This document shows positions 17,389-26,551 of a stretch of DNA of 64,000 bases, in pieces (position 1 is the first letter of the stretch; each line of letters begins with the position of its first letter). A program made the position numbers and the translations under genes. Where the stretch lies: positions 76,794 to 140,793 of the IMG/VR virus record IMGVR_UViG_3300029850_000274; one strand, 5' to 3'. The DNA is from a virus (Duplodnaviria > Heunggongvirae > Uroviricota > Caudoviricetes). Under the pieces are notes generated by a model, which saw nothing but the letters and a program-made list of their open reading frames with translations, was not told where the DNA came from and ran no database searches.

Positions 17389-17434
17389 ACCTGTATGACA
17401 GATGATGATTTGCAAACTGAATAATGGCAATTTT

Positions 17435-17464
17435 GAGAAGCTTATAGGCTTCTTTTTGTTTTGC
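17435..17464 (+). terminator. Rho-independent terminator
   Basis: GAGAAGC-TTATAG-GCTTCT followed by TTTTTGTTTT. Confidence 0.55.
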
Positions 17465-17565
17465 CTAAATTTAGAGAATAGGAGTGAGAATTATGGAATT
17501 AATCGAGGTAGAAATTAGACCAGAAGTACGAGAACAGTGCAACAACTAAGAGAGGTGAGATTATC

Positions 17566-18516
17566 ATGGCAGCAACACAGTTTGAAGTTATTGAAGCAGT
17601 AAATAATAACAACGCAGAAGAATCTGAAACAAAGATTAAAAGACGCAAGGACGGAAATCCTAAATGGACTCGATCTAACAAGCAGAAAGGCGTATCATCT
17701 TTAGTGTATCCGATCAAGGACAGAAAACAATTTGCAGCCTTTAATGCATATTTTAGAGACCAGATTGATAAATCGTACACAGAGTACAAACGATATGTAG
17801 CTGCCAGAAACAATCTTTTGGTTACAGTTGGAAACAATACAGCGTATCGTATTTCTGACATTGTTAGACTCAAATGGGGCGATTTATTAGACGATAAGAC
17901 TCGTAAACAGGAAAAGAAAACAAAGAAATTTAGAACTGTATACTTTAACGACTTAGTAACCGAAGCAGTGGATATTTTCTTTGAAGCTGTCGCAGGAACT
18001 AAATATGATGTCAAGATTGATGGTGAAGTGCCAATGGATGATTATGTTTTCGGAACATGTAAATCTGGATCAGGACACATGACAGAAGCAAATGCTTTAG
18101 ACTTTGTTAAAAAAGGTGCTAAAGCAGTTGGAATCGAGGATAACATTGGTACACATACACTACGAAAGAACTTTGTGTATTGGACACTTGTTGATCATAA
18201 AGATGATCAGAACGTATTGTATACACTTATGAGATTATTGAATCATAGCAGTCCTGCAATGACGTTTTTATATGCTACAATTACAGAAGAGGAAACTCAT
18301 GTATTGTTTGATGATATTGCTCAGACATATAAGGATATTATCAGCGGAGCATTTAACGGATTAAAGGAAAATGTTATTAATGTGAGTTATGATAGAGTTA
18401 TGGAGATTATCAAGTGTGCTTATGAGACTGGCAAGGATGATGCAGATCAAAATGATAGGGTACATGAGGATAATATGCAGGCACTAAAAGAGTTGTTGGA
18501 AGGAGTTATTTTATGA
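17566..18516 (+). CDS. tyrosine recombinase (phage integrase family catalytic domain)
   Basis: Catalytic residues are arranged R (ISDIVRLKWGD) ... HxxR (THTLRKNF) ... H (LNHSSPAM) ... Y (TFLYA). Confidence 0.6.
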   Translation: MAATQFEVIEAVNNNNAEESETKIKRRKDGNPKWTRSNKQKGVSSLVYPIKDRKQFAAFNAYFRDQIDKSYTEYKRYVAARNNLLVTVGNNTAYRISDIVRLKWGDLLDDKTRKQEKKTKKFRTVYFNDLVTEAVDIFFEAVAGTKYDVKIDGEVPMDDYVFGTCKSGSGHMTEANALDFVKKGAKAVGIEDNIGTHTLRKNFVYWTLVDHKDDQNVLYTLMRLLNHSSPAMTFLYATITEEETHVLFDDIAQTYKDIISGAFNGLKENVINVSYDRVMEIIKCAYETGKDDADQNDRVHEDNMQALKELLEGVIL

Positions 18517-19259
18517 TTTATGTAACAGGAGATACACATGGAGACTGGATGACTCGATTAAACAGTCGTTCTTTCCCTGAAGGAGTAGAGTTAACTAAAG
18601 ATGATTACGTGATCATTTGCGGAGATTTTGGATTGTGGCATGACACAAAAGAAGAACGACATAATCTGGAATGGTTGGATAACAAACCATTTACTACTTT
18701 GTTTGTATGTGGGAACCATGAAAATTATGATCGGCTGTACGAATATCCTGTAGAAGAATGGAATGGCGGAAAGATTCATAAGATTCGTGATTCTATTTTT
18801 CATCTCATGCGAGGGCAGATATTTGATATCCAGGGAAAGAGATTCTTCACATTTGGCGGAGCAAGTTCCCATGATGTTCAGGATGGAATTTTAGAACAAG
18901 ACGATCCAAGAATTAACGAATGGTACAGAGATTACGACAAAATGTTTAGGATCAATCATACGTCATGGTGGAAAGAAGAGCTTCCTTCAGAGGAGGAAAT
19001 GACAGAAGGTATGATGAATCTGAAGCAGAATGGATTGCAAGTGGATTATATAATTACACATAGTCCATACGCATCTGTATTATGTCAAATTGATCAAGGA
19101 TCAGGAGTGTATAAAACAGATATATTGACGGATTATTTGCAAGAGATTAAAGAATCTGTTGAATATAAAAAGTGGTTCTTTGGACATATGCATGTGAACC
19201 AGAACTTTCCAGGAGATAATGCGATTGCAATTTACGAACAAATTATTAGGATTTTATAG
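18513..19259 (+). CDS. metallophosphoesterase (calcineurin-like Ser/Thr phosphatase or diadenosine tetraphosphatase fold)
   Basis: Motifs GDTHGD, GDFGLW and GNHENYD match GDxHG / GDxxDRG-like / GNHE. Confidence 0.65.
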   Translation: MIYVTGDTHGDWMTRLNSRSFPEGVELTKDDYVIICGDFGLWHDTKEERHNLEWLDNKPFTTLFVCGNHENYDRLYEYPVEEWNGGKIHKIRDSIFHLMRGQIFDIQGKRFFTFGGASSHDVQDGILEQDDPRINEWYRDYDKMFRINHTSWWKEELPSEEEMTEGMMNLKQNGLQVDYIITHSPYASVLCQIDQGSGVYKTDILTDYLQEIKESVEYKKWFFGHMHVNQNFPGDNAIAIYEQIIRIL

Positions 19260-19270
19260 GAGAATTTTGT

Positions 19271-19591
19271 ATGAAGATAAATACGATTAGACAAAATAAG
19301 GAAGAAAAGAAAGCAAACCAGAATCTTATGTGGATTTCAGCAGAGATTCCACCACTAAAACCAGATAACGCATCACGTTATATGAGATATAAAACATATC
19401 CTGTAATCGTGGATTACAAATATAATGATGGATGTGTGGACGAAGTGCTTGATTTCTGTGACTATGATTTTGAAGAAAAGAAATGGAAATTAGACAAGCC
19501 GCATAAAATCAGACAGTATTTTCCACTTCCAAGCAAGCACAAGGTAAAGCGTTCGAACAAAAAGAGAACACTTGTTCGAAAAATATCTTGA
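19271..19591 (+). CDS. hypothetical basic protein (106 aa)
   Basis: ORF with TAGGAGAA RBS. Confidence 0.45.
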   Translation: MKINTIRQNKEEKKANQNLMWISAEIPPLKPDNASRYMRYKTYPVIVDYKYNDGCVDEVLDFCDYDFEEKKWKLDKPHKIRQYFPLPSKHKVKRSNKKRTLVRKIS

Positions 19592-19663
19592 TTTTGTTCT
19601 GTAGTAGCATTATAATAAGAAGTGTAGAGATTCTTTGTTCACAACAAAAATTAACTTTCTTTC

Positions 19664-19701
19664 TTGCACCTATTGACAGGGTGCAAAAAGTATGGTATAT
19701 T
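19664..19701 (+). promoter_or_regulatory. Promoter with a palindromic operator flanking the -35 box (copy A)
   Basis: TTGCACC-ta-TTGACA-g-GGTGCAA. TTGACA at 19673-78, 17-nt spacer, TGgTATATT extended -10 (19693-19701). A near-identical 55-nt element recurs at 60229-60284. Confidence 0.55.
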
Positions 19702-19750
19702 TAATTCATGAAAATAAAAAATGCAACTGGGGAAAGTTGAGGGACGTAAA

Positions 19751-20200
19751 ATGAACGGATATACTAACAAAGAAAGAAAAGGAAACGATAACAGAAAAAG
19801 AAAAGAATATGTATATGGCAAATATCAAAATCCTCAAGTTTGGGGAATATATTTTGCAGATTTGCCGAAAATTGAAGGTAGTCACATCTTGCATGGGAAA
19901 AGACCAGTCATCGTATATTCTAATAATATTTGTAACAATACGAGCACAGAGATTAACGTGTATCCAATTACAAAAAAATTAAGGAACTGGATACCAACAC
20001 ATGTAACCATTTATCCAAATACCAGTAATGGATTAAAAATGGTATCGCAGGTGTATTTAGAGCAAGGAAGAACAATTCCAAAGAATAATCTTTTAGAGTA
20101 TTGGGGAAGAATATCTGATCTATCTTTAATGTTAAAAATAGGACATGGCATTTTAATACAAAACGGCATGTTATCGTACATGAATGCAATGGCATCCTAG
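19751..20200 (+). CDS. MazF/PemK/EndoA-family endoribonuclease toxin homolog, no adjacent canonical antitoxin
   Basis: GIYFADLPKIEGSHILHGKRPVIVYSNNICNNTSTEINVYPITKKLRNWIPTHVTIYP...YLEQGRTIPKNNL aligns with B. subtilis EndoA ([28 protein letters not shown]...AAIT...LPTHVEI...LLEQIRTIDKQRL). ATG 19751 follows GAGGGA. Confidence 0.6.
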   Translation: MNGYTNKERKGNDNRKRKEYVYGKYQNPQVWGIYFADLPKIEGSHILHGKRPVIVYSNNICNNTSTEINVYPITKKLRNWIPTHVTIYPNTSNGLKMVSQVYLEQGRTIPKNNLLEYWGRISDLSLMLKIGHGILIQNGMLSYMNAMAS

Positions 20201-20214
20201 AAATGGAGAATATT

Positions 20215-21231
20215 ATGAATAATAAAGAATTGATACAAAATTATATAGATTCTCATGTATCAGAATCACGTCGCCCAACATGGAATTGGTTATTAGATTC
20301 TGATATTGCGGACGACAATGAATCTGGGTTAACGTATGCACCAGGTACAATCCAAGAGGCTATATTATCAGATACTAGAGGTAAAAAAACCAAAAGTATG
20401 AATTCTATTAAAAAAAGATATGACCAGCTCGTTAAACTATATACTTATGCATATGAACAAAATTACATTAAATATAATCCATTTGTTAATGATAAATTTA
20501 TAAACTTGCAATTAGCAGTTGATATATATTTCTCAAATAGAGTTGGTGTTAATTATGTTACACCAGATAAAATAAATGCGTTTATTTCTAATTTGATGTC
20601 GTGTAATGCATCAACTGATACCAAATTGAATACTAGATTTCACATTGTGAGTTTATATAATGGGATAAATGGAAAGGAGCTAAGAAATCTAAAATTCTCA
20701 GATATTAATCAAAATGATTTAACAATTTTTGGGAAACCAGTCTCCAAAGATTTTATTGAGACATTGAATGAATATAAATTGAACATGGGAGATACGAATA
20801 TATATGATGATTTTGTATTAATACCACGGGAAAAATGTAATAATATAGAAGAATATCAAGCGGAACAAAAGAGGATATATAGTAACGTGCAGTCTCAATT
20901 AGAATTAACTGGCAACACTTTATCCTATAAGAAATTGACAACCATTGATGTTATTAATTCTGGTTTTATACAATATTTAAAATCTAAAATGGATATCAAA
21001 GCAATTGCAGATTTATATTATGTTAAATCAAAAGAAGGAATTGCACGATCTGTAATCGCACGTCAATTTAGTGATATTGCAATTGATTTTTATTATAATT
21101 ATTATATATCATATCGATTAAAAAAGAAGCAATTTAGTGATCGTCAAACTGTAATTGGTAAAACTATCGGTTATTTATATAACGATGAAGACTATAAGCA
21201 GTATCGTGTACGTCAAACTATGACAGAATAA
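20215..21231 (+). CDS. hypothetical protein (338 aa), N/Y/K-rich, downstream of the MazF-like gene
   Basis: ORF starts 3-15 nt after the MazF-like stop. ATG 20215 follows GGAG. Local AT content is higher than the surrounding DNA. Confidence 0.5.
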   Translation: MNNKELIQNYIDSHVSESRRPTWNWLLDSDIADDNESGLTYAPGTIQEAILSDTRGKKTKSMNSIKKRYDQLVKLYTYAYEQNYIKYNPFVNDKFINLQLAVDIYFSNRVGVNYVTPDKINAFISNLMSCNASTDTKLNTRFHIVSLYNGINGKELRNLKFSDINQNDLTIFGKPVSKDFIETLNEYKLNMGDTNIYDDFVLIPREKCNNIEEYQAEQKRIYSNVQSQLELTGNTLSYKKLTTIDVINSGFIQYLKSKMDIKAIADLYYVKSKEGIARSVIARQFSDIAIDFYYNYYISYRLKKKQFSDRQTVIGKTIGYLYNDEDYKQYRVRQTMTE

Positions 21232-21249
21232 AGGAAGGGAATTTTATAT

Positions 21250-21615
21250 ATGGACAATCAAATATTAAAAACATTGGTAGCGAATCAATCAAATCAAATG
21301 CGTGTTGATGTACTTGATTTGCACTCGTCAGAAATGTCATCTTGGTTTCTGAGTGAATATAAGATTCGAGCAGATGACGGAAAGATGAAGATCTATGGCA
21401 AAGATAAAGATCTTTCATATCATTGGATCGAGTTTATTCAAGATGACAATTTGTTCTCTCATATTAAGCAGGACGACATATTTGACATAATCAAATGCCT
21501 GCAATTTACATACAAAGAGAGATACAATGTTGGAATTAAAATACAGACAATAAAAAAGAAAGTAGAAGTCTTTGGTAAAACTTCTACTTTCACACAAACT
21601 AATAATTCTAACTAA
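21250..21615 (+). CDS. hypothetical protein (121 aa)
   Basis: ORF with AAAGGAAGGGAA RBS. Confidence 0.5.
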   Translation: MDNQILKTLVANQSNQMRVDVLDLHSSEMSSWFLSEYKIRADDGKMKIYGKDKDLSYHWIEFIQDDNLFSHIKQDDIFDIIKCLQFTYKERYNVGIKIQTIKKKVEVFGKTSTFTQTNNSN

Positions 21616-21690
21616 ACAAATAATAAATAACAAAAAAAGATTTTTTGAATCTACCGTGTTGGCAGCACGATAGAAAATCGAATTAAGTAT

Positions 21691-21751
21691 TTAGAATTGT
21701 TTAATAGATAAGGATATTATTATCCTTAAAACCATTATAACAATTCTAAAC
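21691..21751. repeat. Nested inverted repeats (cruciform-capable) at the end of the MazF-like cassette
   Basis: Outer arms TTTAGAATTGTT and AACAATTCTAAA (12 bp) flank an inner hairpin AAGGATA-TTAT-TATCCTT. A further CATGTT-N5-AACATG inverted repeat follows. Confidence 0.5.
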
Positions 21752-21808
21752 ATGTTCGTCAACATGAAAATTTTTCCAAAAAACTACAATTAAATATAGG
21801 AGTGATGT

Positions 21809-22459
21809 ATGAAATACATAATTACGAATGAAGAGTTCTATGTAAAAAGAGATCATGCAAGAAATAAATACGTTCGTGATAATCGTAAGTCTGAAGCTAC
21901 TCAGTTTACATCCAAGCAAGCAAAGCACATTTTAGGCTTGAAGCATAAATATACGTGGATGAAAGACGGATTTCATGCCAGAGAAATTGAGCTAGGTAAA
22001 GTTGGAAAACCTATGGAATCTAGTGAAATAATGCGTAAAGGTAATGGAAATTGCTTTATGGATTGGGAATGTGATAATACATTGATCGACAATATAGAGA
22101 CTGAGGAAAGAGCTATAGTAGGGCTTTTAGCATATGACTCAGATCAATTAGGAGAAAAGAAATTTGAGTTAGAACAGGCATTATCATATGCCGATTCTGC
22201 CAGAAGTGATATTCTTCATGCAATTGAGTTTAAAAAGATTGATGCTGCGAAACGTGCCGTGATTGTTGGGTATCTTAAAACCTTACAAGAATTGCATAGA
22301 AAGATCAAGAATTGTATTCGATACATAGAAGTGATGCAGAATTGCATGGATAATCAGAAAGATATATGTACTTTGAAGAAAGAATTAAAAGATGCAGAAC
22401 ATAAGTCGTATGTCGGCAGGACAAAGTATTATGAGCTTATCCAGAATATAATTGGGTAG
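21809..22459 (+). CDS. hypothetical protein (216 aa)
   Basis: ORF with ATAGGAGTGATGT before the ATG. Confidence 0.55.
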   Translation: MKYIITNEEFYVKRDHARNKYVRDNRKSEATQFTSKQAKHILGLKHKYTWMKDGFHAREIELGKVGKPMESSEIMRKGNGNCFMDWECDNTLIDNIETEERAIVGLLAYDSDQLGEKKFELEQALSYADSARSDILHAIEFKKIDAAKRAVIVGYLKTLQELHRKIKNCIRYIEVMQNCMDNQKDICTLKKELKDAEHKSYVGRTKYYELIQNIIG

Positions 22460-22655
22460 AGTTTCTTCCTTATTATATGTAATGACTCGCACAGGCATTT
22501 GTGCAAAATTAAAATGTAAATATTATGTTAGAAAGGAGATAAATTCCAGTACCGTCTTGGTACCTGAGATGGGTACGCAGGTATTGAGTGTCGATGAATA
22601 TCGATACAATGAAAAATGTAAAGTAACAAATTGATATATTAGAGAGGAAAATTAT

Positions 22656-23993
22656 ATGGATGAAAATAAAACGGGCGTTTGGGTACGCTGTATGAATGGC
22701 AAAGAAGTTAAATATAATCCACGAGATGGTATGGCGCCATTTAATGTAGGAGATGTTGTTGAGGTAGAGAATAATGATGTATATGCGATGTTTAAAATTG
22801 AAACAGTAGAATTCAAAGGAGATCTTCCAATAACCGAAACTTATATGATAAAGCCACATGCCAAAGTTGCTAAAACAACGCAACCTTGGCACGATATTAC
22901 ATTTGATGATGCTGAGTCGATTGAAATGGATGTGTATAGAGATGGTAAAGTAAATATTATTGTTCCATATTGGTATGAAAAACTGCGATATAGACTACAA
23001 AGTATAAAGTCGACAGAGGCAACTATTATAATCATAAGAAAAGGAGAAACAATGAATGAAAAATGCGAGATTAAGACAGGTACGATTCTAGCTGACAAAA
23101 TACAGGTTGATACATCAACTCTACCGCCACTTTCAGAAAGAAGAGTATCTGCTCTGTCACACTATCAACAAAAACCAATTACTGCAACGTCAGAACCAAT
23201 AAAGAATGAGGTTGGTGAGCTTTCAGCCACAGGGAAATCATGGATGATACATGACGACCGTGGGTTGAGTCCTTATGCACCAACACATATTGATTGGAAT
23301 GGTGAAATGAGTGCAACTTTAACATTTGCGCCAGAAAAATTGGATGAAATCATGAGTGAACTTACAGGAAACGAAGAGGAGAAAGAAATGTATACAAAGA
23401 ATTTAAAAGAAATGATTAAGAAACCGATTTATGTTGACAAAGAAATTACTGTGAAGGAACCAATGTTAGATAACAACGGTAAACAGATCGAAAAAGATGG
23501 TAAGCCAGTGTTTAAAGTAAAACATTATCATGGAATGGTTAAAATCTTATGGGTTAGTGGAGCAGAAACTGTTGCGTATGTAGAAGGAAATGATGTGTAT
23601 GACAGAGAAAACGGTTTCAAAACCTGTGTATTAAAATACCTTTGCGGCAACGCAGGTGCTCATGATGCAGTTGATTTTTGGACAAACAAATATGTGAAAT
23701 ATCCAAGTAGTTGCATTGAAGTGACAGAGAACCTGTGTAAATTAGAAGAGATCATGGAGAAGGATAAGTATAGAAAAGATGATCAGAAAGGTTTGCCTCA
23801 TGCAAAATTCTTAAGAAGAATAGGTTTGCTTTCAGGTGGTTCTGTTGCGGGTAAACTGATTTACAAAAAATGTGATATGAAATATGTCAATGAATTCAAA
23901 AAACTTGCCAAGAAATATTTTCCAGAACTTAAGTGTAAAGAAATTTATGTGAATGGTAACAAGAACGATGAAATTTTTGTAGCAATTAAATAA
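22656..23993 (+). CDS. hypothetical protein (445 aa)
   Basis: ORF with AGAGAGGAAAATTAT before the ATG. Confidence 0.55.
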   Translation: MDENKTGVWVRCMNGKEVKYNPRDGMAPFNVGDVVEVENNDVYAMFKIETVEFKGDLPITETYMIKPHAKVAKTTQPWHDITFDDAESIEMDVYRDGKVNIIVPYWYEKLRYRLQSIKSTEATIIIIRKGETMNEKCEIKTGTILADKIQVDTSTLPPLSERRVSALSHYQQKPITATSEPIKNEVGELSATGKSWMIHDDRGLSPYAPTHIDWNGEMSATLTFAPEKLDEIMSELTGNEEEKEMYTKNLKEMIKKPIYVDKEITVKEPMLDNNGKQIEKDGKPVFKVKHYHGMVKILWVSGAETVAYVEGNDVYDRENGFKTCVLKYLCGNAGAHDAVDFWTNKYVKYPSSCIEVTENLCKLEEIMEKDKYRKDDQKGLPHAKFLRRIGLLSGGSVAGKLIYKKCDMKYVNEFKKLAKKYFPELKCKEIYVNGNKNDEIFVAIK

Positions 23994-24014
23994 TACATAA
24001 AAAGGAGATAAATT

Positions 24015-26084
24015 ATGTGTACGCCAATGAATGAAAACTGGAGCAATTTTTTAAACAAATTGTCAGAGCGTTTAAATAAAATGCTCGATTATGTAGAGAA
24101 AAACAATTCTACATTGTATGAAACCGATATTGATAAAGATGAACTTTGGGAAGTATATCTGAGTAGTTTCCCCGAAGGAACTAACAAGATGTATCGCAAG
24201 CGAAGAGAATACGATTGTGGTCATTGCCGAAACTTTATTAAAACAATCGGTGGAGCTGTGGCAATTGTTGACGGCAAGATTCATACAATCTGGGAGATCG
24301 ACACAGATGATGTAGTATTTCAGCCAGTAGTTGATGCCTTAAGAACATATGTCGAATCAAAGCCGATCAAAGATATTTGGAGACATTTTACAAATACAGT
24401 TGGTACAAAAACCACAAATGAGTATACAGAAGATAAGCAGATTATCAAATGGACTCATATGTATACACCGATTCCAGAGAGGTTATTGGAAAGGAAATCT
24501 GATATTCCTACAATTAAAGCAAAAGTGAGAGATCGAAAGAATGTGTTTAAAAGATCACTTGATGAAATTACAGAAGAAGCTGTTGATACAGTATTAGAAC
24601 TGATTGCTTCAAATACTCTTTATAGAGGACAGGAATGGGAAAGAGTATTAAAAGATTTTAGAAAATATCAGCGAGAATACAACGGTTTGTCAGATGAAGA
24701 AAAAGATACATACACATGGACAAAAGCCATGACGATCGGAGATGTAATTGGTCGTATTAGAAACCATAGTATCGGTACATTACTTGTGAATATCAGCGAA
24801 GGTATGGATTTAGATAATGCAGTAAAAGCTTATGAAAATGTTGTAGCTCCTGCGAATTACAAACGACCAAAGGCAATTTTTACTAAGAAAATGCTTGAGG
24901 ATGCAAAGAAAACTGTAACGGATTTAGGATATATGGATTCATTGCAGCGTAGATTTGCAAGACTTGATGATATTACAGTAAACAATATTCTGTTTTGTAA
25001 TCGTGATGCAGCACCACGTATTCAGGGTGGCTTAGATATTTTTGATGAGATGAGTAAGGAAGTCGCTGTAAATCCTAAGAAATTCTCTAAAGTAGAAGAG
25101 ATCAGTGCAGAGAAATTTGTATCAGATGTTCTTCCAACCGCAAAAGAATTAGAAGTCTTGTTTGAAAATCGACATAAGAAGAACATGGTTTCACTGATCG
25201 CACCTGTAAACAAAGATGCCAAGAACATGATGAAGTGGAGCAATCCTTTCAGTTGGGCATATTCAGGAAATATGACAGATAGCGAGATGAAAGAACGAGT
25301 TAAGAACGCAGGCGGAGCAGTTGATGGTGTCTTAAGATTTTCAATCCAGTGGAACGCAGGAAAAGATTGGAACAGAGATGACTTTGACGCACATTGTAAA
25401 ACACCTTGTCAGCATATTTTCTTTAGTCATATGTTTGATTCTGGAACACGAGGCAGACTTGATGTTGATGTGATTAATCCAGTAAAGGGGAAACCTGCTG
25501 TAGAAAATATTACATGGGCGGATAAATCCAAGATGGTTGATGGAGATTATGAATTTTTCGTACACAATTATTGCCATAGCAACGGTACATCAGGATTTAC
25601 AGCAGAGATTGAATTTGATGGTCAGATTTATGAATTTGAATACGATCAGCCTTTGCGACAGGGACAAAACGTGCCAGTGGCTACAGTTACATTAAAAGAT
25701 GGAGTATTCACAATCAAAGAGAAACTTCCATCTACAACATCTTCAAGAGAAATCTGGGGTGTCAATACAAATCAGTTTGTGCCAGTAACAGTAATGTGTT
25801 ATTCGCCTAACTATTGGGATGAACAGACAGGTATTGGACACAAACATTATCTGTTCATGTTAAACGGATGTGTAAATGAAGATACTCCAAATGGATTCTT
25901 CAATGAGTTCTTGAAACAGGAATTAGTACAGCACAAGAGAGTATTCGAGGCTTTAGGAAGTAAGATGCATGTCGCAGATGATCAAAACCAGTTATCAGGA
26001 ATTGGTTTCAGTTCTACAAAACGAGATGATGTGATCGTTAAAGTCAAGGGTGCAACAGAAAGAGTTCTTAAAATTAAATTTTAA
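24015..26084 (+). CDS. hypothetical large protein (689 aa)
   Basis: ORF with AAAAGGAGATAAATT before the ATG. No recognisable motif. Confidence 0.55.
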   Translation: MCTPMNENWSNFLNKLSERLNKMLDYVEKNNSTLYETDIDKDELWEVYLSSFPEGTNKMYRKRREYDCGHCRNFIKTIGGAVAIVDGKIHTIWEIDTDDVVFQPVVDALRTYVESKPIKDIWRHFTNTVGTKTTNEYTEDKQIIKWTHMYTPIPERLLERKSDIPTIKAKVRDRKNVFKRSLDEITEEAVDTVLELIASNTLYRGQEWERVLKDFRKYQREYNGLSDEEKDTYTWTKAMTIGDVIGRIRNHSIGTLLVNISEGMDLDNAVKAYENVVAPANYKRPKAIFTKKMLEDAKKTVTDLGYMDSLQRRFARLDDITVNNILFCNRDAAPRIQGGLDIFDEMSKEVAVNPKKFSKVEEISAEKFVSDVLPTAKELEVLFENRHKKNMVSLIAPVNKDAKNMMKWSNPFSWAYSGNMTDSEMKERVKNAGGAVDGVLRFSIQWNAGKDWNRDDFDAHCKTPCQHIFFSHMFDSGTRGRLDVDVINPVKGKPAVENITWADKSKMVDGDYEFFVHNYCHSNGTSGFTAEIEFDGQIYEFEYDQPLRQGQNVPVATVTLKDGVFTIKEKLPSTTSSREIWGVNTNQFVPVTVMCYSPNYWDEQTGIGHKHYLFMLNGCVNEDTPNGFFNEFLKQELVQHKRVFEALGSKMHVADDQNQLSGIGFSSTKRDDVIVKVKGATERVLKIKF

Positions 26085-26104
26085 CATAAAAAGGAGATTA
26101 AATT

Positions 26105-26494
26105 ATGACAACAGAAAAGTTATTCGAAATGGCAACAAGAAGCAAATTGAGATTCCCATCAACAAAGGGAGAATTATCCGTAGAAGATTTATGGGATTTA
26201 TCTGATAAAGATTTAGACGTGGTTTATAAAAATCTGAAAGATCAGGAAGTTAAATCTTCAGAAGAAAGTCTGTTGGATGATGCAAATGTTGATCCAAAAT
26301 TAACGGCTGCGATTGGTATTGTGAAGTATATCTTTACAACAAAACGTAATGAGAGACTTGCCGAGAAGGAACGTATTAATAAGAAACTTACACAGAGAAA
26401 ATATATTGATGCTCTTTCCAAGAAACAGGATGAGGCTATTGAGAATATGTCAGAAGCAGAATTACGTGCAATGATTGATTCGTTAGAAGATTAA
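26105..26494 (+). CDS. hypothetical protein (129 aa)
   Basis: ORF with AAAAGGAGATTAAATT before the ATG (near-copy of the preceding gene's initiation region). Confidence 0.5.
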   Translation: MTTEKLFEMATRSKLRFPSTKGELSVEDLWDLSDKDLDVVYKNLKDQEVKSSEESLLDDANVDPKLTAAIGIVKYIFTTKRNERLAEKERINKKLTQRKYIDALSKKQDEAIENMSEAELRAMIDSLED

Positions 26495-26507
26495 GATGAT
26501 ACACCTT

Positions 26508-26525
26508 CCCGTCAAATTTGACGGG
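26508..26525. promoter_or_regulatory. Perfect 18-bp palindrome CCCGTCAAATTTGACGGG
   Basis: Perfect palindrome with no loop and no T-run, 26 nt upstream of the next start codon. Candidate protein-binding site or RNA hairpin. Confidence 0.35.
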
Positions 26526-26551
26526 TTGGTGCTTAAAGAAAGGAGACTGGA

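Noticed and set aside
16900-17430. 176-aa minus-strand ORF and similar antisense ORFs (17499..18014, 30625..31101, 50784..51122, 12254..12532, 8998..9267, etc.)
   Set aside because: All lie entirely within well-supported + strand genes (replication protein, recombinase, nadE, dnaB-like, Bro-N, hicB). They have no SD sequences and hydrophobic or low-complexity translations. They are typical antisense artefacts of AT-rich DNA.
17566-18516. Treating the tyrosine recombinase as the integrase acting on the tRNA-like core at about 5900, or at the tRNA at 32570
   Set aside because: Both are more than 11 kb away, and no flanking arm-type repeats were seen next to the recombinase. It may equally be a dimer-resolution (Xer-like) enzyme of a plasmid-prophage. 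This was left open.
22452-22634. 60-aa + strand ORF (MGRVSSLLYVMTRTG...)
   Set aside because: It starts inside the stop region of the upstream gene without an RBS and spans an intergenic stretch rich in palindromes (GTACC/GGTAC, TCGAT-GAAT-ATCGA). It is more likely regulatory RNA/DNA than coding.
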